The notes under the pieces: model-generated
Databases searched by the model: none
Told to the model about the DNA's origin: nothing
The model's input: only the letters and a program-made list of their open reading frames with translations
Program-made: the position numbers and the translations under genes
From: Candidatus Omnitrophota bacterium
Lineage (GTDB): Bacteria > Ratteibacteria > UBA8468 > MWAK01
Reading direction: 5' to 3'
NCBI GenBank assembly: GCA_043797665.1
Contig: JAZDPL010000045.1
Location: 1 to 43,622 of the forward strand
DNA: 43,622 nt
Shown here: positions 17,400 through 26,725 of the stretch, piece by piece
How the letters are laid out: the number at the start of each line of letters is the position of its first letter
Position numbering within the stretch: the stretch's first letter is position 1

Positions 17400-18422
17400 A
17401 TGGAAATTCCCTATACTTTTGCCGGCGTTCCTCCGATAGGGTTAGAGCAGGCAAAGGTTGCCATCCTTCCGGTAGCCTACGACAGTACCATCTCCTACCA
17501 TCCCGGCACCCGTTTCGGTCCCCAGGAGATAATTTTAGCCTCCCGTTTTTTGGAACTATACGACGAAGCCTTAGGCTTTGAGCCGTCAGACCTGGGAATC
17601 GCCACCTTGCCGGAACTCTGGCCAGACTTATCTTCTCCCGAGGCAGCGCTGCGGGAAGTGGAAAGTTACGTATCCGGGATAATCAAAAAAGGGGTTTTTC
17701 CGGTAGTCTTAGGCGGGGAACATTCCATTACCTTTGGTGCAGTAAAAGCCTGCCAGGCAAAAAGACCGCATTTTGCAGAGAGGTCTCACCTTACAGAGAG
17801 GTCGCACCTCACAGAGAGGTCTCACCTCTCCGTGCTGGTTTTAGATGCGCACGCAGACCTGCGGGAAAGTTACCAGGGCACCCGATACAACCACGCCTGC
17901 GTCAGCCGAAGGATATTAGAATTAGGTCTTCCGGTAAACATCATCGGCGTCCGCAGTCTTCCTTCGGAAGACCTGCCCCTTATCTTACCTCCAGTCACTA
18001 CCCGCCAGTCACAAACTGTAGGGGTCGGATTTATCCGACCCGCCTCGGGCTTGATAAATCAAGCCCCTACAGGTAAGAAAGGGGTAAAGAATCTTAAAGT
18101 TATCTTTGCGGACCAACTGAAGAGAAAGAAAGACTGGCTTTCCCTGGTGGCGGAGAACCTGACCGAAAAGGTTTACCTTTCCATTGACCTGGACTTCTTT
18201 GACCCGGCGTTTGTGCCGGCGGTGGGTACTCCGGAGCCGGGCGGTTTCGGGTGGGATGAAGCCAACCGGTTCTTTCAGCAATTAGCGAAGAAGCACCAGA
18301 TTATCGGATTTGACGTAGTGGAACTCAACGGAAGTCTGCACCACACCCCTTCCGCCTACTTTGCCGGCCGTCTTGCCTACCGCCTCCTCGGCCTCTTCCT
18401 TAAACCAGCACAAATGAATTAA
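17400..18422 (+). CDS. speB: Agmatinase with two in-frame repeat insertions
   Basis: GGEHSIT, DAHADLR, SIDLDFFDP, GTPEPGG; directly downstream of pdaD. Confidence 0.92.
   Translation: MEIPYTFAGVPPIGLEQAKVAILPVAYDSTISYHPGTRFGPQEIILASRFLELYDEALGFEPSDLGIATLPELWPDLSSPEAALREVESYVSGIIKKGVFPVVLGGEHSITFGAVKACQAKRPHFAERSHLTERSHLTERSHLSVLVLDAHADLRESYQGTRYNHACVSRRILELGLPVNIIGVRSLPSEDLPLILPPVTTRQSQTVGVGFIRPASGLINQAPTGKKGVKNLKVIFADQLKRKKDWLSLVAENLTEKVYLSIDLDFFDPAFVPAVGTPEPGGFGWDEANRFFQQLAKKHQIIGFDVVELNGSLHHTPSAYFAGRLAYRLLGLFLKPAQMN
17776..17829 (+). repeat. 18-bp tandem repeat x3 inside speB
   Basis: CAGAGAGGTCTCACCTTA / CAGAGAGGTCGCACCTCA / CAGAGAGGTCTCACCTCT, encoding ERSHL(T/S) x3. Confidence 0.9.
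18018..18070 (+). repeat. Family A REP inserted in frame in speB
   Basis: Encodes VGVGFIRPASGLINQAPT. Confidence 0.9.
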
Positions 18423-18425
18423 ATA

Positions 18426-18651
18426 ATGGGGGTATCCATTTGACTCAACCTGCATCCATGGGAATGGGCCTCGTGAACTTCCGTAACCATAATTAATACA
18501 CACGCATGAACTTCTTTGTCATTCCCGCATGTTTTAAGCGGGAATCTAATGAATTAGACAATGGATTCCGGCTTACTATCCGCCGGAATGACAACTCGTT
18601 TAAGATGTTTGTATTAGTCTGTGGTTAGTTGAGTCAAATGGATACCCCCAT
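18426..18651. mobile_element. 226-bp MITE with 24-bp perfect terminal inverted repeats and 8-bp target-site duplication
   Basis: ATGGGGGTATCCATTTGACTCAAC (18426-18449) and its exact reverse complement (18628-18651); ATTAAATA at both 18418-18425 and 18652-18659. Confidence 0.85.
18517..18593. repeat. Family D repeat inside the MITE
   Basis: TGTCATTCCCGC...GCGGGAATC...GGATTCCGGC...GCCGGAATGACA. Confidence 0.85.
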
Positions 18652-18666
18652 ATTAAATAATTTGAC

Positions 18667-18725
18667 GTAGGGGTCGGATTTATCCGACCCGCATATCTTT
18701 CGGGCTCAATAAATTGAGCCCCTAC
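18667..18725 (+). repeat. Family A REP variant
   Basis: Longer spacer; second hairpin GGGCTCAATAAATTGAGCCC with compensatory changes. Confidence 0.85.
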
Positions 18726-18786
18726 ATTTTTGTGCCTGAGATAACGTACTTCACTGAGTATTTACCAGTTTCCGAAGGGCTACTTA

Positions 18787-19974
18787 TTATAAGTAAAGCC
18801 GCGGGAAGTCTTGGATGGTTTTTCGCAGGACTTCGGCCTGTCTTTCCGCTTCGCCGGGCTCCCAGTAGTTGGTCTTAAACTGGAGCATCCTTTTCTGGAG
18901 GTATTCGGCGGTGGGGCATAGCTTGCCGTGGTACTTCTGCCGGATGCCGGGGTAGTTCCGGACTTCGTTTAAGAAAAGGGGTTCCTGATAGGTCATCTTC
19001 CAGGCAGCGTAGATGCCGTCGCCTTTGTTTTTGACAAACAGGTCACGGAACCGGTACCACTTCGTTTCCGGATTTTTTACTTCAAGGACAACACTGTAAG
19101 CCCAATAGGAATTCCGGTAGCCGTTTGGTTCGGCCTGGGGAACAAGCCAGTCAACTTCCCGGACGATTTTATCAAAGGTTTTGGCGGCATTTATCCTTAC
19201 GGCGACAAGTTCTTCTGCCCTTTCAATCTGACCCAGGGCGCAGGCGGACTGGAGTTCCGAAATCCGGTAGTTATAACCCAATATTGCGTGGCGGTCAAAA
19301 TTCGGGTCCTGGATATCCTGCCTGGACACCCTTCCTTTTTTGGCGGATATATTTGCGTAACCCAGACTGGCAAAGCGCCTGGCCCGGTCCGCGAATTCTT
19401 CTATGTCGGTAACCAGCATCCCTCCTTCTCCGGAGGTGATGTGTTTTGATGCCTGGAAACTGAAACTGGCAAAATCTCCGAATTCTCCGACCAATTTCCC
19501 TTTGTATTTGCTTAAGAATGCCTGGGCGTTGTCTTCAATAAGAAAGAGATTCCTTTCCTTACAGATTTTAAGGATTTTATCGTAATCAGGAGCAAGACCG
19601 TAGAGGGCGACGGTGATTACTGCCCGGGTTTTTTTGGTGATATTGGCAAATATTGACTCCGGAGAGATGTTAAAGGTCTTCCGGTCTACGTCGGCAAAGA
19701 CGGGAATGGAGCGGTTATGAAGGACGGCAATGGCCGGGCTGGACATCGTAAGCGGCGGGACAATTACTTCATCGCCGGGTTTAACACCCAACGCCGCCAG
19801 GGCCGTATGCATGGTGGCGGTGCCGTTGCAGAAAGAGAGGGCAAATTTCCGGTTGAACATCCGGGCAAACCCTTCCTCCAGCCGTCCGGTAAAGACATTA
19901 TTCCTGGAAGAACGGAATCCGTTCTCAAGTACTTCTAAAACGTACTTTTTCTCTAAGTCTGAAAATCTTTCCAT
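18787..19974 (-). CDS. DegT/DnrJ/EryC1/StrS family sugar aminotransferase
   Basis: NGTATMHTAL, IEDNAQA, FSFQASKHITSGEGG, GYNYRISELQSA. Confidence 0.92.
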   Translation of the reverse strand: MERFSDLEKKYVLEVLENGFRSSRNNVFTGRLEEGFARMFNRKFALSFCNGTATMHTALAALGVKPGDEVIVPPLTMSSPAIAVLHNRSIPVFADVDRKTFNISPESIFANITKKTRAVITVALYGLAPDYDKILKICKERNLFLIEDNAQAFLSKYKGKLVGEFGDFASFSFQASKHITSGEGGMLVTDIEEFADRARRFASLGYANISAKKGRVSRQDIQDPNFDRHAILGYNYRISELQSACALGQIERAEELVAVRINAAKTFDKIVREVDWLVPQAEPNGYRNSYWAYSVVLEVKNPETKWYRFRDLFVKNKGDGIYAAWKMTYQEPLFLNEVRNYPGIRQKYHGKLCPTAEYLQKRMLQFKTNYWEPGEAERQAEVLRKTIQDFPRLYL

Positions 19975-20029
19975 TTTAAAAGTATACTACTTCCTTCCTT
20001 TGTTAATCAAAATAAAGGAATTCGTTTTC

Positions 20030-20058
20030 TTGACGCAGGACAACGGGAAGTTTATAAT
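20030..20058 (+). promoter_or_regulatory. Sigma70-like promoter for the orphan ABC ATPase gene
   Basis: TTGACG, 17 bp spacer, TATAAT. Confidence 0.65.
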
Positions 20059-20068
20059 TAAAAAAGAT

Positions 20069-20722
20069 ATGGCACTTCTTACGGTACGGAACCTGAGCAA
20101 AAAGTTCGGGGAAGAAGCGGTTCTGGATAAGGTAGAGTTTCAATTGGAAGAGAGAAAGTTCGTCTCGATTGTTGGACCCAGTCGGGGTGGAAAAACCGTC
20201 TTGTTGAAGATTATTGCCGGTTTGGAAAAACCGGATGAGGGAGAGGTTCTTCTGGAGGGCAGACCCGTGGCAGAGGTTGTTGCCCGGGAACCAAAGACCG
20301 TCGCCATCTTTCAGGATTACCCGCCGTATCGGAGAGAGGTTGCCGGTAAGAAATTGCCTTACTTTATTATGTTTCGGAGATGGCGCCGGCAGGTGATGGA
20401 AGAACGGGTAGAGGTCATCTCTGATTTGATGGAGATTGCCCGGAAGACTCTCCTGGGAATGCGGTCCCACCCTCAATCCCGGGGACAGGAACAGAGGCTG
20501 GATCTGGCGCGATATCTTTTGGCAATAAAGAGAGTTGCCCTCCTGGACAACCCGTTGCTTAATTTGGATATTGTCTGGAAAAAAAAGATTCTGGATAACC
20601 TGAAGGTAACTTTAGAAAGGCTGAACCTTGCAGCCATCTATGCCACTCACGATAAGACGGAAGCCCAGATTTTTACGCAGAAGGTTTTCGTTCTTGAAAA
20701 GGGCAAAGTTATTCCTGGTTAA
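20069..20722 (+). CDS. Degenerate ABC-type ATP-binding protein
   Basis: Walker A GPSRGGKT, signature-like SRGQEQR, Walker B LLDNP, H-loop ATHD; likely start ATG 20069. Confidence 0.75.
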   Translation: MALLTVRNLSKKFGEEAVLDKVEFQLEERKFVSIVGPSRGGKTVLLKIIAGLEKPDEGEVLLEGRPVAEVVAREPKTVAIFQDYPPYRREVAGKKLPYFIMFRRWRRQVMEERVEVISDLMEIARKTLLGMRSHPQSRGQEQRLDLARYLLAIKRVALLDNPLLNLDIVWKKKILDNLKVTLERLNLAAIYATHDKTEAQIFTQKVFVLEKGKVIPG

Positions 20723-20728
20723 TACCAT

Positions 20729-20764
20729 AAAAAAGGGATATAACCCGTCGGTTATATCCCTTTT
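20729..20764. terminator. Bidirectional intrinsic terminator between convergent genes
   Basis: AAAAGGGATATAACC-cgtc-GGTTATATCCCTTTT. Confidence 0.75.
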
Positions 20765-20774
20765 CCCAACACTT

Positions 20775-21488
20775 TTACTCGCTGATCTTCTTCAGGGCAG
20801 CCTTTGCCTGGGCAACCAGGTCCTTGTCTTTGGAACTGGAGATAAGCTGACTGCACAGTTTAAGAAGATGCCGGCGCGCAAGTCCTTTTTCGGTTGGCGT
20901 CTTGGCTGACTCGTAGACGGCGTCCCACAGAATGAGCGCATCTTCGTAAGAACCGACCTCGGATGAGACTTTGGCTAAAAGGCGCTTAATAAACTCAGGA
21001 CATTCCGGAGCCGAGAGAGCCGCTTTCAGGTAACGAATCGTCTCCGGGCGATCCTTCAGGTGGAAGTAAGAGATTATTCCGGCGTAAAACGGAATTTCCC
21101 ATGACTGTCCTAAATTGTTCTCCAGCCCTTTGTTAAGAAATTTTACCGCTAAGTCAGGTCTGGCGTCGCTCAGGGTCAGACCGCCGACGCGGTACGCCAT
21201 CACGAAATTAGGGTCAAGGTCGGTTATTCGTTCCATCCTGGCGTACAGGACATCGGCAACTTCAGGGGTGATTTTTCGTGCCTCACCCATAAAGACATCG
21301 CCCAAGTACTGAATCGTCTCTATCCAGAGGATGTCCGCCGTCACGTTGTTAAAACCTATCCCGGTCTGCTCAGAAAAATTCGCCTTCACCCTGGCTTTCT
21401 CGGTTCCCACCGATACCAGCACCAGCACGATGAAAAGGCAGATGAGGATGAGCAGAGAGGTCTTTTTTCCTTTTATTATCTTTTCCAT
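20775..21488 (-). CDS. Membrane-anchored TPR-like protein, PilG/XapA-B-like
   Basis: N-terminal TM helix; ADILWIETIQYLG and ITDLDPNFVMAY resemble pilin-associated ABC accessory proteins. Confidence 0.6.
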   Translation of the reverse strand: MEKIIKGKKTSLLILICLFIVLVLVSVGTEKARVKANFSEQTGIGFNNVTADILWIETIQYLGDVFMGEARKITPEVADVLYARMERITDLDPNFVMAYRVGGLTLSDARPDLAVKFLNKGLENNLGQSWEIPFYAGIISYFHLKDRPETIRYLKAALSAPECPEFIKRLLAKVSSEVGSYEDALILWDAVYESAKTPTEKGLARRHLLKLCSQLISSSKDKDLVAQAKAALKKISE

Positions 21489-21510
21489 TTCTCTCCTCCC
21501 TTTTCTACGT

Positions 21511-22272
21511 TTACGAAAAATCCTTGCTCTTGAAAACCAGGTTTGAGGCGATTACCATAATCGCCGCATAAAGAAGACCGTAGACAATCGCGCCAAAGAT
21601 TACCGAGCCGGGAACGTTCAGATTGTAGGCTACCGGTCCCCTGATGTTGAAATACTGTAGGTTTGGCAAGGCAAAGTAGAGGAGATTGCCGAAAAATTTA
21701 ACGATGAAATTCCCGGCTTTTGCCACCAGGAATGGTAACTGGTAGGTCAGATGTCCAAAGATGAAGACCATGATGGTAAGGATGGAAGCCGCCATCCCCG
21801 ACGTAAAAGTTGAGAAGAAGACCGCGACCGAAGCCAGTACCAGTGCTTCAAAGAAGGTCAGAAGCACTCCGTTGACCAGCGACGCGGAAGCGATCCCTCT
21901 GGCGGCAACGATGATGAGAAACCCTATTCCCATAATCGCCACCAGCACCAGAACCGTCAGAGCCGCAGCCAGTAATTCCCCCAACAAAAACTCGTGTTTC
22001 TTAACCGGTTTTGCCAGAAGAATCTGGATGGTCTTAGATTCCACTTCCTTAGCCACTACGGTGGAACCAACCATAATCGCAATCAACACCGCGAAGATGG
22101 CGATTCCGGCCAGCCCGACGTCCCGCATTAACTTTCCCTCCTGGCCGATGGTCAGTGTCCCGTACAGCGCGGCGTAGCCTATCGAGACAAGACAGAAGAC
22201 CACCATCACCGGCAGGAGTTTACCACGCATAAGCCGCTTAAAACTATTCACTCCGATCTTCCAGATGATCAT
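21511..22272 (-). CDS. ABC-2 type permease (PilI/XapC-like)
   Basis: Multiple TM helices; KEVESKTIQILLAKPV, LPNL, FKSKDF C-terminus. Confidence 0.85.
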   Translation of the reverse strand: MIIWKIGVNSFKRLMRGKLLPVMVVFCLVSIGYAALYGTLTIGQEGKLMRDVGLAGIAIFAVLIAIMVGSTVVAKEVESKTIQILLAKPVKKHEFLLGELLAAALTVLVLVAIMGIGFLIIVAARGIASASLVNGVLLTFFEALVLASVAVFFSTFTSGMAASILTIMVFIFGHLTYQLPFLVAKAGNFIVKFFGNLLYFALPNLQYFNIRGPVAYNLNVPGSVIFGAIVYGLLYAAIMVIASNLVFKSKDFS

Positions 22273-23204
22273 TTTCCCCCCTTATACTCTTTTTTGCCGA
22301 TAGTCTTAAGGAAGAACTCCTCAAGAGACTCTTGTTTGGGTACTATCGAGAGATGTTTACCACCGGATTGTTCAATGATATGTACCACCTCATCCGCTAA
22401 AGATTCATTCGTTACGTTAAATATTGTCCGTCCGCCCTCCTTTCGGAAGTCTTTAACCTTCCCTTCCAATTTTGCGAAGATTTCTCCGCTTAGTCCCTCA
22501 GCGGAAATTTCTGTTTCCGTGGTAGCCAGCAATTCATCCAGACGACCGGTTGTGATTAACTTCCCTTCGCAAAGAATACCGATGTGGTCACAGATTAGTT
22601 CCACGTCAGAGAGGTCATGGGAGGAGAAGAAGATAGTCTTTCCCTCCTCGCGTACCCGCAGAATAATATCGCGGATTTCTTTTTGACCCACCGGGTCAAG
22701 TCCGGTAATCGGCTCGTCGAGGAAGAGCAGTTGCGGGTCATTAATCAGCGCCTGGGCGATACCGATACGCTGGAGCATGCCCCGGGAGAACTGGCGCAGG
22801 CGCTGCTTGCGATTCTTGGTTAAGCCGACCAGCTCAAGGAGAAGTTCAATCTTTTTTACTCTTTCCCGGCCCGGAATATTAAATATTCCGCCGAAGAAAT
22901 CAAGAAATTCAAAGGCAGAGAGGTCTTCATAAAAATAAGGGCTTTCCGGCAGAAATCCCACGTCTTTCCTCCCGGACGTGTCACTGATATCTTTTCCTAA
23001 AACCCAGGCTCTTCCCGAAGTAGGAGCAATCAGATTGAGAAGAAGTTTAATCGTGGTGGTTTTCCCGGCAGCGTTGGGTCCCAGAAATCCGAAGATCTGG
23101 TTGACCGGAACTTCCAGGTTGAGGGTATCAAGGGCTTTAACCTCTTTGCCGTCAGAGCTATTATATATCTTGGTCAGACCCTCAATTTTAATGGCTAAAT
23201 CCAT
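22269..23204 (-). CDS. ABC transporter ATP-binding protein (PilH/XapD-like)
   Basis: GPNAAGKTT, FSRGMLQRIG, LDEPITGLDP, SSH; likely start ATG 23204. Confidence 0.9.
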   Translation of the reverse strand: MDLAIKIEGLTKIYNSSDGKEVKALDTLNLEVPVNQIFGFLGPNAAGKTTTIKLLLNLIAPTSGRAWVLGKDISDTSGRKDVGFLPESPYFYEDLSAFEFLDFFGGIFNIPGRERVKKIELLLELVGLTKNRKQRLRQFSRGMLQRIGIAQALINDPQLLFLDEPITGLDPVGQKEIRDIILRVREEGKTIFFSSHDLSDVELICDHIGILCEGKLITTGRLDELLATTETEISAEGLSGEIFAKLEGKVKDFRKEGGRTIFNVTNESLADEVVHIIEQSGGKHLSIVPKQESLEEFFLKTIGKKEYKGGK

Positions 23205-23219
23205 ACGGGGTTGCTTTCC

Positions 23220-23249
23220 ATCGTAGCACAGAAAAGGTACTCCTGTCAA
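23220..23249 (-). promoter_or_regulatory. Possible sigma70 promoter of the ABC operon
   Basis: TTGACA, 18 bp spacer, TACGAT with an extended TG on the minus strand. Confidence 0.45.
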
Positions 23250-23265
23250 GTGTTTGTTTCTTTGG

Positions 23266-26200
23266 CTACTTGAGAATGGTCGCCCCCATGATACCGAAAA
23301 CCAGGTCGTTGGCAATGGCTTCTAATTCAACCGATGCCAATTTCACATCCGGCCTCAATTCAACCGGAACCAGGTGTGCTTCGGTATCCACAGGAAACCA
23401 TTTCATCCGGTCCGGCACCTGGGCCGAACCGGCCGGACCATACCGGCCGCCAATATTCTCAAATCCATAGGAGGGAACCGGTTTCCGTGGGTGATACTTG
23501 TGGTTTGGAAAACACCAGGAATTCTTTCCGTCCGGTTCGAAAAAACGGAAATAACGGACCCAGCAATCGCTCATATCAAACGGATTAACCAGGTCTCTCC
23601 GGTCGCATTTGCCATCGGCATACTGGAGCGTTACCCGGAGATTGACCACATGGCTTTGCATTTGCCAGGTTATTCCGCTAAGCATCAGGTAGAGCGCCTT
23701 ACCCTGAACATTAACCGGAAACTTGACCGCTGACGGAAAGCCGCCTGTCAGGGTCACCACGGCGATATTGGGTCCCTCTTTGGACGACTTAAAAGGAATG
23801 CCGTCGGTCGTCCAGGCAATTTGGTTGGAACCGACCTTTTTTCGCCAGGCAGCATCCGAAGGGCGTTCACTCTTGAGAAGAGACCAGTATTCGGTCAGGT
23901 GTATTTTCCAATAGCGAAAACCGATTGTGCTGGCCGGCGGTTTTGGTTCCTGAGCATCGGCAACGGCACCGACGCGGTCAATCACCTCCGTAAACGCGGC
24001 ATTGTACACCTGGTTCAGGTCAAGCAAAGTCCAGTATTGCAGGTCATTGGCTGGGTGATCGGGTGCTTTCCAAACTTTGGGTTGGACCGGCGTTTTTGGT
24101 TCAATCTTAATTCGCAGGGGAAGCCAGGCCGGACAGTTTCGGGAACCTGATGACAAAAATAATAATGCCGGACCCGGTTCTCCCTTGATGACCGCCTTCA
24201 AAATACCGTCCTCTACGTAAGCATTGTCCAGAATGTTCTGCGGATTGAGAAAATCGGTTGCCGAAGACTGAGCCAGGTCCAGGCGCAGGAAATCGCCTTG
24301 CTTAACGACCATCTCCGCGGGTGGCGCAGGACGGGCCGGAACAAATGAAACATCAAAAATTCCGCTTGTTCCTGTCGGCAAAGAAGCCGTCAGCCAGGTA
24401 AGTCCAATTCCCGCTTCCACGTTATATTCAAGTGGTTTGCCGTCAACAGCAACTGAACGAATTTCCGTTGCCCGGAGCGGAAGTCGTATCTTTACATTTA
24501 TTTCTTCCGGCGCCTTCCATTTAATTGTGACGCTATTTTCTTCCTTCTTCCAGTCATAGGAAAAATAGGTGGATTGAATAGAAGCCTGTTTCCAGCCGTC
24601 GGGAAACTGGGGGGTCACTTCAACGAGGTGTTGGGGTTTGTTAATTTTGATTCCAAACAGGCCCTCAAAAACAGCCCGGCCCCACATGCTGTTGGCGTCG
24701 GCGTATTCATCATTATGTTGAGCCGGACCCGAAGGCAGTCCGCCCGGAGTCGGGCCGCGGTAAATGCCCTGCAGGACTCCGCGGAGAAAAGCATAGGCGT
24801 CATCCGCCCTACCGCCCAGGTAGTTAGTCGAAGCATAATTGATATTTTCATGGTAAAAAGGTTCCCAAACACTGTGAACAGGAAGCCAATTTACGTTCCA
24901 GACCAGCCTTCCCCCACCCACAGTATTTATGTGTTCCAGGTTATTATCAACCCAATGGAGCATCTGATAAATCTGTATCTCATCGGCGGCTCCGAACTCA
25001 GCCGAGTGATAAATTGCCGGAAGCGACGGGAACGGATGCAAAAGCCGATGCCCGCGTGTATCAAGATATTCGGCAAACACCCCTTGCCGCGGTATCCAAA
25101 GTTTACGCTGCATGGCGGCGCGGATAAGGCGCGCTTGTGCCCGAAAAGGCACGGCGTTTTCACCCAGGGAATCAGCTAAATCCGCCAGAAATCTGTGTGC
25201 CTGGAGCATATAGGCCGAGGCAATCGTACACTGCCCCCGTATGTACCAGTGGGAATCGCTGGGGTCCACGTCTAAACTGCTTTCGTAGAGATACTCGTTT
25301 TCGGGCTGGAGCCGGCGGTTTTCCCATTCCACGATGCCCTGAATGACGGGAAAGATTTCCCGCATCAGTTCCAGGTCGTTGGTATACTCCACATAATGCC
25401 GGACCTGGTCAATAAAAACCTCGTTCATATTGTAAAGAAATCCAAAACCCTCACCGAAGATCTCCAGGTCGAACAATGAACCGAGCGCACCCTTGTCGGG
25501 GCCTTCCTTTCGGACCCCAAATCGAACATGGCTCTGAATGGATTTGCGAATCCGGTCCGTCCAGCCGTAACAGGTCGGACCATACCAAATGCGCCAACCC
25601 GGATGCGGTATCCGCCAGGACCATCCGCCGTGGACAATCGCCACGTCGCCCCAGGTACCCTCGGTAGTGAATGCCACCGTAGTCATCGCGGAATCAAGGT
25701 ATGGGTCGGGAGTGTGGGTGGCTATCCGGTTGGCAATGGACCGGTTTCGTTCTAAAGCGGCTTTATAGGCGGCGTCTTGATCGGTCAGAACCTGTTCAAT
25801 GTTGCCCCCGATGCCAAAGACGATGCTGCCTGCGTCTTCACCCGGACCAAGCGGGACCCTTTGAACTACCACTCCGTTTGATTTTTCCGGCACGGTCCAT
25901 TCGGTTGCATCAAGCAATCCGGCGGGTGATTCCAATACCCGGTTAGGGTCGCCGATTCCCATCACGCCTTGTTTCGGACCGCCGCCTCGAATTGTAATCT
26001 GCCAGTCCGGCAGGGCATCCGCCATTGGAAAGAGCATCTTTTGTTGAACAAAACTGTCGGACTGGTCAAAAGCCCGAGCGAGGCGGAATGTACCGTTTTC
26101 AATTAAAATGCGGTCCTTGGCACATTGTTCCGGCGCAAAGAAAAACTCTTTGGCTTTGAAATCATAATTCGTGACAAAGGCCGATGCGCCGCCATAACTC

Positions 26201-26718
26201 CAAACCAAAAAGGCCGGTTTGGATAATCCCCGCACCGCATACTTGACTATCATGCCAATCGAATCGGCCAGTACAGTCGCTGTCAGGAAAATTGTCACAC
26301 TCGGAAAGTCAGGGTCAGCCAAGGTGTATTCCATCCGGCCGTCAATGTAGCCAACCTCCAGATCCGACCATTGATGGAACCATTTGCTTTTTCCTCCTTC
26401 CAGTGCCAGTCCGATAAAAAGATGTCCCGCGAGACCGCCGGCGCTATACAGGTCCAGAAGAAAGCGGGGAGTGTTGTAAGCAAGTACGATGGGACGAAAC
26501 GGACAACGTTCAATTTTTTTGAGTTGGTCTTTGTTCCAGAGCATGGACTTTTCAGCAGGAGGATAGAGCGGTCTGCGGTGGAAGCGGGGATTACCTTCGG
26601 CTGTTCCAATCTGTGATTCCGGAGTAGGGCGTATCGTTCCCTTGTCACCGGTTATCCTGATGCGCCAACCGCCTTTGACGGGTTCATAACAATTTACAAG
26701 ACGTGATATATTTGCCAT
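23266..26718 (-). CDS. DUF4450-like protein, probable (alpha/alpha)6 glycoside hydrolase-like enzyme
   Basis: 1150 aa; GWRIWYGP, YNMNEVFIDQ, VEWENRRL, FEGLFGI resemble six-hairpin glycosidase/DUF4450 proteins. Confidence 0.6.
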   Translation of the reverse strand: MANISRLVNCYEPVKGGWRIRITGDKGTIRPTPESQIGTAEGNPRFHRRPLYPPAEKSMLWNKDQLKKIERCPFRPIVLAYNTPRFLLDLYSAGGLAGHLFIGLALEGGKSKWFHQWSDLEVGYIDGRMEYTLADPDFPSVTIFLTATVLADSIGMIVKYAVRGLSKPAFLVWSYGGASAFVTNYDFKAKEFFFAPEQCAKDRILIENGTFRLARAFDQSDSFVQQKMLFPMADALPDWQITIRGGGPKQGVMGIGDPNRVLESPAGLLDATEWTVPEKSNGVVVQRVPLGPGEDAGSIVFGIGGNIEQVLTDQDAAYKAALERNRSIANRIATHTPDPYLDSAMTTVAFTTEGTWGDVAIVHGGWSWRIPHPGWRIWYGPTCYGWTDRIRKSIQSHVRFGVRKEGPDKGALGSLFDLEIFGEGFGFLYNMNEVFIDQVRHYVEYTNDLELMREIFPVIQGIVEWENRRLQPENEYLYESSLDVDPSDSHWYIRGQCTIASAYMLQAHRFLADLADSLGENAVPFRAQARLIRAAMQRKLWIPRQGVFAEYLDTRGHRLLHPFPSLPAIYHSAEFGAADEIQIYQMLHWVDNNLEHINTVGGGRLVWNVNWLPVHSVWEPFYHENINYASTNYLGGRADDAYAFLRGVLQGIYRGPTPGGLPSGPAQHNDEYADANSMWGRAVFEGLFGIKINKPQHLVEVTPQFPDGWKQASIQSTYFSYDWKKEENSVTIKWKAPEEINVKIRLPLRATEIRSVAVDGKPLEYNVEAGIGLTWLTASLPTGTSGIFDVSFVPARPAPPAEMVVKQGDFLRLDLAQSSATDFLNPQNILDNAYVEDGILKAVIKGEPGPALLFLSSGSRNCPAWLPLRIKIEPKTPVQPKVWKAPDHPANDLQYWTLLDLNQVYNAAFTEVIDRVGAVADAQEPKPPASTIGFRYWKIHLTEYWSLLKSERPSDAAWRKKVGSNQIAWTTDGIPFKSSKEGPNIAVVTLTGGFPSAVKFPVNVQGKALYLMLSGITWQMQSHVVNLRVTLQYADGKCDRRDLVNPFDMSDCWVRYFRFFEPDGKNSWCFPNHKYHPRKPVPSYGFENIGGRYGPAGSAQVPDRMKWFPVDTEAHLVPVELRPDVKLASVELEAIANDLVFGIMGATILK

Positions 26719-26725
26719 TTCATTG

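Noticed and set aside
19730..20068. N-terminal extension of the 330-aa ORF
   Set aside because: It overlaps the DegT gene on the opposite strand, and a promoter and ATG at 20069 define the ABC domain start
23205..23315. N-terminal extension of the ABC ATPase ORF
   Set aside because: It overlaps the upstream gene end and the putative promoter; ABC homology starts at MDLAIKIEGL
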